Shown piece by piece: positions 26,296-32,000 of a stretch of DNA of 32,000 nt (position 1 is its first letter; each line of letters begins with the position of its first letter). Location of the stretch: positions 750,001 through 782,000 of the forward strand of contig NZ_RSDW01000001.1 of NCBI RefSeq assembly GCF_003945235.1. The letters are read 5' to 3'. This DNA is from Edaphobacter aggregans. Its GTDB lineage: Bacteria > Acidobacteriota > Terriglobia > Terriglobales > Acidobacteriaceae. Below the pieces are notes generated by a model that saw nothing but the letters and a program-made list of their open reading frames with translations, was not told where the DNA came from and did not search any database. Made by a program: the position numbers and the translations under genes.

Positions 26296-27168
26296 TTACC
26301 CCATCACCACCGTAGGCTGCATCAACGTTCCGGCGACGCGACGCACAATAGCAATCAACTCCGTCGGGCTAACAAAAACCTTCACCAAGGGAGCCGAGGA
26401 AAAATCCGGCAAGTTTACCTGCATCCCGTTCCTCAGACGACCCGCCACCTGATCGTCCACAGTCACGCAGGGCATCTCTGGCAAAAGCGTCCGCGGATGC
26501 GGCAACAGACCAGGTATCTCGTCGACAGAAGCCTGCTTCAACTGCTCCACCGTAATCGCCTCAGCAAGCGTAAAAACCCCCGCCCGCGTCCGCCGAAGCG
26601 AAGAAAGATGAGCGCCGCAACCAGCCAGTTGACCAAGCTCATGTGCAACCGAGCGAACGTAACCACCCGCCGAAACTTCCATCTCAAAAGCCGCGACATT
26701 GCCCTCAAGCGACGTCAGCTCAAACCGATGGATCGTAATCCGTGCCGCTTTCACCGGAACCTCGACCCCCGCCCGCGCCAACTTATGCGCCGGCACACCA
26801 TTAATCTTCTTAGCCGAGTAAACAGGAGGAACCTGATCAACCTCATCCTTGAACCGAGCAGCCAACTCCCGCAACTCCCTCAAAGACCGCTCCAGCGGCA
26901 CCGGAGAAGCAGCAGGAACTCCTTCCGCGTCGAACGTATCCGTAGCAAAGCCAAACCGGATATGGCCCTCATAATGTTTCTCCGCCTGACCAAAAAACTG
27001 AGCAAGCCGCGTGCACTTCCCCAAAAGGAGCGGAAGCACACCCGTAGCCATAGGATCGAGCGTGCCAAGATGGCCAATCGATTTTTCGCCAGTAGCTCGG
27101 CGAACGATTGCAACAACGTCGTGTGATGTAAGACCGGAAGGTTTATCGAGTACTAGAAGACCATTCAT
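26296..27168 (-). CDS. truB: tRNA pseudouridine(55) synthase
   Basis: Motifs LLVLDKPSGLTSHDVV and GHLGTLDPMATGVLPLLLG (catalytic Asp motif), plus a PUA-like C-terminus. Confidence 0.9.
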   Translation of the reverse strand: MNGLLVLDKPSGLTSHDVVAIVRRATGEKSIGHLGTLDPMATGVLPLLLGKCTRLAQFFGQAEKHYEGHIRFGFATDTFDAEGVPAASPVPLERSLRELRELAARFKDEVDQVPPVYSAKKINGVPAHKLARAGVEVPVKAARITIHRFELTSLEGNVAAFEMEVSAGGYVRSVAHELGQLAGCGAHLSSLRRTRAGVFTLAEAITVEQLKQASVDEIPGLLPHPRTLLPEMPCVTVDDQVAGRLRNGMQVNLPDFSSAPLVKVFVSPTELIAIVRRVAGTLMQPTVVMG

Positions 27169-27187
27169 TCAACTTCTAGTTTAGCGT

Positions 27188-27793
27188 CTAGAAGCTGCTC
27201 CCCTGGCGCCGGACAAGAGAAAGGAACTCATTCCGCGTCTGCAACTGCGTCTTGAACACACCCAGCATCGCGGAAGTAACCGTGCTGGAATGCTGCTTCT
27301 CCACTCCACGCATCATCATGCAAAGATGCTGCGCCTCAAGGATCACCGCAACGCCCTGAGGATTGATCGCCTCCGTAATAGCTTCACCAACCTGAGTTGT
27401 CAGCCGCTCCTGAACCTGTAGTCGCCGCGCAAACACATCCACCAAACGAGGAATCTTACTCAGCCCGATGACCTTGCCATTTGGAACATAAGCAATATGA
27501 GCCTTGCCAAAGAAAGGAAGCAGATGATGCTCACACATCGAGAAGAACTCAATGTCCTTGACGATCACCATCTCGTCATAATCAACATCGAAGAGCGCAT
27601 CATGCAGCACATCCGTCACATTCATCGTGTAACCGCGCGTAAGGAACGCCATGGACTTCTCCATACGCTCCGGAGTTCGCAGAAGTCCATCGCGCGTGGG
27701 ATCTTCGCCAATGCGGGTCAGCATTTCACGATAGAGATCCTGTGTGGAAACAGCTTCGAGGCTAGTTTCAATTGTGGCTTGCGTACTTGCCAT
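27188..27793 (-). CDS. folE: GTP cyclohydrolase I (type 1)
   Basis: Motifs [50 protein letters not shown] and HLCMMMRGV. Confidence 0.9.
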   Translation of the reverse strand: MASTQATIETSLEAVSTQDLYREMLTRIGEDPTRDGLLRTPERMEKSMAFLTRGYTMNVTDVLHDALFDVDYDEMVIVKDIEFFSMCEHHLLPFFGKAHIAYVPNGKVIGLSKIPRLVDVFARRLQVQERLTTQVGEAITEAINPQGVAVILEAQHLCMMMRGVEKQHSSTVTSAMLGVFKTQLQTRNEFLSLVRRQGSSF

Positions 27794-27804
27794 GTTGAAC
27801 CTTT

Positions 27805-28212
27805 CTAAAATGCACCTGCAAAATCAAAGGAGTTATTACTCGTCTCCTCAACGTGAACGCTCTCAAGATGAGCAGCGGTGAACTTCGAGAAGATGCGATA
27901 AATCTCGATGCTTAGATTTTCGGTAGTTGTAACCGTATCCCGAAAGCAATCGAGCGTATTGAGATTCATCTGATCAAACTGTGCAATCAGATTTGTTTGC
28001 GCAAAATCATCAAGCTCCGCAAGGTTGCAAACCATGCCAGTAACTGAATCGACCGGGCCGCTCAGCGTGACCTGAACCATGTAGTTATGTCCATGTCCAT
28101 GTGGGTTATTGCACTTGCCATATACAACACGATTCCGATCATCATCATAAGCCTCAGCATGCAGCCTATGCGAGGCCGAGAAGTGGTAGCGGCGCGACAG
28201 ATGAGCCTTCAC
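27805..28212 (-). CDS. 6-pyruvoyl-tetrahydropterin / 6-carboxy-tetrahydropterin synthase family protein, divergent paralog
   Basis: COG0720-type sequence FSASHRL...[13 protein letters not shown]...TTEN...VEET. GTG start forms a GTGA overlap with the upstream paralog. The position of the catalytic Asp-His pair reads D80-Q81. Confidence 0.85.
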   Translation of the reverse strand: MKAHLSRRYHFSASHRLHAEAYDDDRNRVVYGKCNNPHGHGHNYMVQVTLSGPVDSVTGMVCNLAELDDFAQTNLIAQFDQMNLNTLDCFRDTVTTTENLSIEIYRIFSKFTAAHLESVHVEETSNNSFDFAGAF

Positions 28213-28622
28213 GATTGCTCTCCATAGTAGTCAGCGAAGAGATCAGGCATTTCATATATCCGAACACGGTGAAGCTTCGCATTAGGAATCTTGTTCTCCA
28301 AGCGATTCCACACTGCGATAGCAATGTTTTCGGTCGTAGGTATCGCCTTCGCGAATTCTGGCACCTCAAGATTCAAGTGACGGTGGTCATAAACGCTGAC
28401 GACCTCTTGCTCAAGAATGTCCTTGAGCTGCTTGAGGTCTACAACGAAGCCAGAAGTCGGATCCACCTCACCCGCGACGGTAACTTCGAGCGTGTAGTTG
28501 TGGCCATGACCATTGCGGTTGGCGCATTTGCCAAAAATGCGTTCGTTCTCCTCAAGCGACCACGCGTCGTTCCAGTAGTAGTGGGCTGAGGAGAATTCGG
28601 CTTTGCGAGTAAGAAAAATCAT
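28209..28622 (-). CDS. 6-pyruvoyl-tetrahydropterin / 6-carboxy-tetrahydropterin synthase (PTPS/QueD family)
   Basis: FSSAH...GKCANRNGHGHNY...YDHRHLN...TTENIA...IYEM closely parallels eukaryote-type PTPS. The true start is ATG 28622 (137 aa). The track ORF (to 29012) is an upstream extension that overlaps the GT2 gene. Confidence 0.85.
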   Translation of the reverse strand: MIFLTRKAEFSSAHYYWNDAWSLEENERIFGKCANRNGHGHNYTLEVTVAGEVDPTSGFVVDLKQLKDILEQEVVSVYDHRHLNLEVPEFAKAIPTTENIAIAVWNRLENKIPNAKLHRVRIYEMPDLFADYYGEQS

Positions 28623-28678
28623 CGTTGCTCTTTCATTAGACGTGCATTTGAACCATGCGGATGCAAATCGCAGCCACG

Positions 28679-29758
28679 CTAGCGGCCAACATTGTAACTG
28701 CGTCCCTTCCAGCTCACCGACTTTTTGATGTGATGTTGCATAACGCTGCGAAGTAAAAGATATACGAACATCGGTATACCCAGGATAGACATTGCAACAT
28801 CGAGCGTCGGAAAGTTGGAGCGGGCAACTCGAGCATAGAAACGCCAAAGCGTACGAGCCCATAACAGCAATATGGCCGCACGCTGCCAGGTCACAAGCCA
28901 CGGAAGACCAAGAGCAAGCGCAGGCAGCCCAACGAAGAGCAGCAGATCGAGTATGCGCCACGCAGCGAGATATATCGGCCGAGGAAACAACAGGGCAAGA
29001 TTCTTCGTCCACCCTTCAATCATGTCCGCGGTACTGCGGTACATCCGCGTTGAGAGCGCTTCAGGTGCATATCGAAAGCGAATCACACGCTTTGCACGCT
29101 TGATATTACGTGCAAGCGCTACATCCTCGAGGACGTTCATGCCAACCGCACGATGTCCACCAATGGAGAAGTAGGCATCGGACTCGACCAGCAGAAACTG
29201 ACCATTTGCTGCCGCCAGACCCCGCCCAGGGTCGTTGACCTGGTTTGAAGGATAGACCGATGCCAGCTCCGAGAACACCAGCGGCATCAGGGCGCGCTGC
29301 CAGAAGCCGCTAACGATCTGGCGCGGCGAGTACGATAGCAGGACTGCCTTGTGCCTCTCGGCCTCGCGGAGTGAGCGCGACAGAGAGAGGGGCTCATGGA
29401 TCGTGTCGGCGTCAGTAAACAACAGCCACTTGCCATTTGCGATCTGCGCTGCTGCCCAGCAGGCGTTGTTCTTGCCCGTGAAACCTCCTCGCGAGCTCAG
29501 ATCGAGCGGAGGCGCGTCGAGGACTGTAATGCCTTGATGGTTTGCCGCGAACTCGGTGGCGATCTCGCGAGTTCGATCGGTCGAGGCGTCGTTGACGACG
29601 ATGATCTCCCATTGCAGTCCGAGCGCGAAGCCAGGTTCGGACTGGCTCACGAGGGAGGTCAGGCAGGTTGGCAGCGCCTGTTCTTCGTTACGTGCGGGGA
29701 TGATGACGGAGAGCTCAAGTTCGGGGCTTGGGTCAGGATTCTGGTCGGTTGATTCCAC
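28679..29758 (-). CDS. glycosyltransferase family 2 (GT-A) with C-terminal transmembrane segments
   Basis: LSVIIPARNEE...IIVVNDASTDRT...GKNNACWAAA...LLFTDADTIHEP (DxD). The C-terminal about 100 aa is hydrophobic (LAAWRILDLLLFVGLPALALGLPWLV..., ILGIPMFVYLLL). GTG start at 29758. Substrate not inferable. Confidence 0.8.
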   Translation of the reverse strand: MESTDQNPDPSPELELSVIIPARNEEQALPTCLTSLVSQSEPGFALGLQWEIIVVNDASTDRTREIATEFAANHQGITVLDAPPLDLSSRGGFTGKNNACWAAAQIANGKWLLFTDADTIHEPLSLSRSLREAERHKAVLLSYSPRQIVSGFWQRALMPLVFSELASVYPSNQVNDPGRGLAAANGQFLLVESDAYFSIGGHRAVGMNVLEDVALARNIKRAKRVIRFRYAPEALSTRMYRSTADMIEGWTKNLALLFPRPIYLAAWRILDLLLFVGLPALALGLPWLVTWQRAAILLLWARTLWRFYARVARSNFPTLDVAMSILGIPMFVYLLLRSVMQHHIKKSVSWKGRSYNVGR

Positions 29759-29788
29759 GACTTCGTATTATAGGAAGTGGAGTCAATT

Positions 29789-30271
29789 GTGCGTAAATTT
29801 TGGGCGAGTGCTGTTTTGGTGGTGTTGTTGGTGACCGGGTGTGACCGTGGAGATCATCCGGGGAACATCGGCAAGGCTGCTCCGCAGTTTGTGATGAGCG
29901 ATGGGACGCGAACGGTTGACCTGAGCAAGCTTCGCGGGCGGGTTGTGCTGCTGAACCTCTGGGCGACGTACTGCGCGCCATGCATCGAGGAGTTGCCGAG
30001 CCTGCTCGCATTGCAGAAGAAGATGCCCGATATTGCTGTGGTTGCGGTCAGCATGGATCAGGATCCCGACGTCTATCGGAAGTTTCTTGTTGACCACCAT
30101 GTCGATGTGCTCACCGTGCGAGACGAGGAGATGAAGGTCAATGCCTTGTATGGAACGGTACAGATTCCTGAGACCTACGTGATCGACAGGCAGGGGGTTC
30201 TGCGCCGGAAGTTCGTTGGCGCTCAGGACTGGACCAAGCCGGAGATCATGGATTTTTTGCGGAAGATGTAG
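29789..30271 (+). CDS. TlpA-family thiol:disulfide oxidoreductase (redoxin), lipoprotein
   Basis: WATYCAPC active-site CxxC in a thioredoxin fold. Start set at GTG 29789 (GGAG at 29779-29782, 6-nt spacer), giving MRKFWASAVLVVLLVTGC with a lipobox. The track start is 29777. Confidence 0.85.
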   Translation: MRKFWASAVLVVLLVTGCDRGDHPGNIGKAAPQFVMSDGTRTVDLSKLRGRVVLLNLWATYCAPCIEELPSLLALQKKMPDIAVVAVSMDQDPDVYRKFLVDHHVDVLTVRDEEMKVNALYGTVQIPETYVIDRQGVLRRKFVGAQDWTKPEIMDFLRKM

Positions 30272-30863
30272 CCAGCGGCGCTTCTTTGCGAATGTCAATG
30301 GCACGTGCGCCTGCTCGATGAGCTGCTTCGAGGCCCTCGTCTGAGTCTTCGAAGACGATGCACGCTGCCGGATCGACCTTCATGCGGCGCGCAGCTTCGA
30401 GATAGACGTCTGGCGCTGGCTTTCCGTGCTTCACATCGTCGGCCGTGACGATGTAGTCGAAGAGAGACCGCAGTCCAACGTTGACCAGAGTGGCTTCCAC
30501 GTTCTCAAGAACTCCGTTCGATGCGACCGCCATAGGCACACGACCGTGCCAGACGCGAGCGATGTCCGCGACAAAGGTGATCTCTTCGATCAGGGGAATC
30601 GCTGCCTGGTAGGCGATGTTGTTGCGCGCGAAGAAGGCTGCGCGATCGATCGGCGGAGGGTTGAATGCTGCTTCGTACTCGTCGATCAACGGATCAGGAC
30701 CGAGTCCGTGTCTCAGGTGGTACCAGTCGGCGGTCATGGTAAGGCCAAGCGGCTTGAGCGCCTGCTGGATCGAGCGAAGATGCGCGGGAGCACTGTCGAC
30801 CAGCGTCCCATCGCAGTCGAAGATCAGCGCGGAGAACGTCCCTTCGATAAGCGAGATTGCCAT
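30246..30863 (-). CDS. HAD-IA family hydrolase (phosphatase / beta-phosphoglucomutase-like)
   Basis: Motif I FDCDGTLVDS, motif II ASNG, motif III HGKPAPD, motif IV FEDSDEG. The 3' end overlaps the convergent redoxin gene by 26 nt. Confidence 0.85.
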   Translation of the reverse strand: MAISLIEGTFSALIFDCDGTLVDSAPAHLRSIQQALKPLGLTMTADWYHLRHGLGPDPLIDEYEAAFNPPPIDRAAFFARNNIAYQAAIPLIEEITFVADIARVWHGRVPMAVASNGVLENVEATLVNVGLRSLFDYIVTADDVKHGKPAPDVYLEAARRMKVDPAACIVFEDSDEGLEAAHRAGARAIDIRKEAPLATSSAKNP

Positions 30864-31339
30864 AAGTTGATTTTATGGTTTCGGAGGTCTTCTTTACGCG
30901 TTGAAGAGGTCGCACCCGGGAGAGCGACCGCGGATTTGCACGGATAGACGCGGATGGAAGGTGAAAAGGCATAACAGCGATTTGCACCGATGACACCGAT
31001 GGAGTTGGTGGGTTTTCTGCTGTGGCTTGTAGGGTGGGGAGGATTTGGGGTTTGGGTTCTTGGGTGGGTTTGTCTTGGGCGAACTGGTCGAGGAGTTGGC
31101 GCATGATGCTCTTGGGACGGCCAGCGGCGGTGTCCTGGTCGTACTCGGATTGAGGGGCGAGGAGGCCTTGTTCGGGGTCGGTGGTGATGTCTTCGATGGG
31201 TGTGGCTTGGGTTGCGTAAGGGTCGGCGGCGGGTGGTGTGGTGGTAGTAGCAGAAGTCTTCGTGGCGCAGGCATGGGCTGCCGCAGCTGTGGCCGTCGGT
31301 GAAGATGTGGCGGCATTGGTAGCGTTTTGGTTCGGTCAT
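30824..31339 (-). pseudogene. Cys/His-rich small protein gene with an apparent frame change (possible pseudogene or sequence error)
   Basis: ATG 31339 follows a GGGGGAG SD. The first about 38 codons give MTEPKRYQCRHIFTDGHSCGSPCLRHEDFCYYHH (C-x9-C-x3-C-x6-C). After about nt 115 this frame becomes R/P/H-rich low complexity. The +1 frame reads a more protein-like PYATQATPIEDITTDPEQGLLAPQSEYDQDTAAGRPKSIMRQLLDQFAQDKPTQEP. All three frames stay open into or up to the HAD gene. Confidence 0.45.
30908..30990. repeat. REP-like element (hairpin plus duplicated GATTTGCAC)
   Basis: GGTCGC-N10-GCGACC hairpin (30908-30929). The 9-mer GATTTGCAC occurs twice (30933-30941 and 30979-30987). It lies inside the 3' part of all three open minus-strand frames of the upstream gene. 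Confidence 0.4.
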
Positions 31340-31475
31340 GATGGGTACTCCCCCTGGTGGACGTAAGATCTCAAAGTCTTCGAACGAAATGGTTTAGGTC
31401 TGGACTTCTGGTCTGTGGGTTAAATGCGAAGAGCCCCGGCTTTCGCCTGAGGGCTCTTTTTGTGTCTAGTTCTAT
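31340..31475 (-). repeat. modular intergenic element, copy D (inverted orientation)
   Basis: Read on the minus strand: hairpin AGAGCCC...GGGCTCT (31457-31430), TTTAACC (31424-31418), AAGTCCAGACCTAA (31407-31394), GAAGACTTT (31381-31373), GGGGGAGTAC, then 6 nt, then ATG 31339. Confidence 0.75.
31429..31462 (+). terminator. terminator-like hairpin plus T-tract with no upstream plus-strand gene
   Basis: AAGAGCCCCGGC-tttc-GCC-tga-GGGCTCTT followed by TTTTGTGTC on the plus strand. It is the hairpin module of copy D. Confidence 0.5.
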
Positions 31476-31586
31476 TTTAGCGGGTCGAGGGGAATGATTA
31501 GGCACGGAGATGTGCTTTGGAATGTGGAGGATACGTAGGTTGGGGGCTTGACAAGGTTTTGGGCTGGGATAGGAAGGCATACCCCA

Positions 31587-31640
31587 GGGGGCTAAAGCCC
31601 CTTTTTCTTGCTCGAGGAGAGAGACCCAGGGGCTGAAGCC
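31587..31640. repeat. REP-like GC hairpins
   Basis: GGGGC-taaa-GCCCC followed by TTTTTCTTG (31587-31610), and GGCT-ga-AGCC within CCCAGGGGCTGAAGCCTTGGGG (31626-31647). Confidence 0.4.
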
Positions 31641-31655
31641 TTGGGGTGCCTAGAT

Positions 31656-31700
31656 GCAACGGCAACTGCAACGGCAACAGCAGATCCCTGCAGATCCCTG
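31656..31700 (+). repeat. short tandem repeats: (GCAACN)x4 followed by a 10-bp duplication CAGATCCCTG x2
   Basis: gcaacg gcaact gcaacg gcaaca gca (31656-31682), then cagatccctg cagatccctg (31681-31700). Confidence 0.8.
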
Positions 31701-31807
31701 CGGATGACAAGCAAGAAAGCACTGCAAAAACGAGAGCTGGCGGGGGTAGGGGGATACTTTTACGCGGTGTCGAAAGCTGCTTCCGCCATCTTGATATGAT
31801 CGATTGC

Positions 31808-32000
31808 ATGACACAACTTGATGTTTTGTACCGGTATGGAGTGCCACCGACGGAGGCTGCTGCGCTGGCAATTGCCCGGACTCGCGAAGTCTATGGCGTG
31901 CGACGGGTTGAGTTCAACGAGGCGGAGAAGACCGTCCGGGTAGAGTACGACGCAACGCGGCTGAACGAGGCCACGATTCATCAGCTGCTGCGACGCGCCG
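31808..32000 (+). CDS. hypothetical protein, N-terminal part only (runs off the right edge)
   Basis: ATG 31808 (an in-frame ATG also lies at 31796), open to the window end. Translation: MTQLDVLYRYGVPPTEAAALAIARTREVYGVRRVEFNEAEKTVRVEYDATRLNEATIHQLLRRA. G-ending codons fit the local strand bias. No SD seen and no family recognised. Confidence 0.4.
   Translation, partial: MTQLDVLYRYGVPPTEAAALAIARTREVYGVRRVEFNEAEKTVRVEYDATRLNEATIHQLLRRA

Noticed and set aside
28623-28678. Possible preQ1 / THF / other riboswitch upstream of the PTPS-folE genes (also 27794-27804 and 29759-29788)
   Set aside because: The spacers are 11-56 nt. I recognise no conserved riboswitch core, only a weak TGCAT...ATGCA 5-bp stem. 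It cannot be excluded without a covariance-model scan.
28623-29012. N-terminal 130-aa extension of the PTPS ORF (track ORF 28209-29012)
   Set aside because: The extension overlaps the 3' end of the GT2 gene in another frame and is Cys/Ala/Ser-rich nonsense. The PTPS homology begins at ATG 28622 (MIFLTRKAEFSSAH...).
29700-29850. Calling the skew-switch point the chromosomal origin (oriC)
   Set aside because: The spacer is only 18-30 bp. I recognised no AT-rich DUE and no cluster of TTATCCACA-like boxes; only scattered 6/9-7/9 matches occur, e.g. TGTGGAAAC at about 27741 and GATTCCACA at about 28305, both inside CDSs. No origin-linked genes are nearby. It is kept as a compositional finding only.
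30246-30271. 26-nt convergent overlap of the redoxin and HAD genes as an annotation error
   Set aside because: Both proteins are full length relative to their family motifs, and no earlier in-frame stop or alternative end is available. A short convergent overlap is plausible.
31656-31700. Hexamer and 10-mer tandem repeats as a CRISPR array or coding repeat
   Set aside because: The units are 6-10 bp with no spacers, the total length is about 45 bp, and no cas genes are present. It is a micro-satellite-like tract within REP-like DNA.
31498-31809. 103-aa minus-strand ORF (and the 31371-31580 and 31650-31871 ORFs) in the right-hand spacer
   Set aside because: They run through hairpin and tandem-repeat DNA, have no SD, and translate to repeat-derived low-complexity sequence.

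Overview
GC-rich bacterial chromosomal window. The gene content and a 1,318-aa CarboxypepD_reg-type TonB-dependent receptor suggest Acidobacteriota, but this is inference only. I support 27 protein-coding loci, two of them partial at the window edges and one apparently frame-disrupted. I recognised no rRNA, tRNA, CRISPR array, transposase or classical defence genes.

Content from left to right:
- A secreted protein fragment and a GH28 pectin-type hydrolase.
- A short RNB-family exoribonuclease.
- A complete L-rhamnose-to-pyruvate regulon: rhaEW-rhaB plus a coupled DUF gene, an IclR-HTH/sugar-binding hybrid regulator, rhaI, lutABC and rhaT.
- galK-galT.
- The giant TonB-dependent receptor.
- A tesA / ybbA / ybbP-like module (SGNH lipoprotein divergent from a MacB-type ABC pair).
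- An operon GT2 - PTPS - PTPS - folE - truB.
- A TlpA-like redoxin lipoprotein, a HAD hydrolase, and a Cys/His-rich small gene with an apparent frame change.

Most interesting non-genic signals:
1. A modular ~115-135 bp intergenic element present four times. It always abuts a start or a stop codon.
2. A shared 21-bp motif RGAAAY-N8-TATTGR in four promoter regions of the sugar genes.
3. A very strong strand compositional asymmetry at codon third positions. It flips sign near 29.76-29.79 kb with origin-type polarity, but I see no oriC hallmarks there.
4. lutA has no canonical start codon that preserves its conserved N-terminus.

I see no clear-cut novel multi-gene 'system'. The pterin/GT2 operon and the repeat family are the best candidates for something undescribed.
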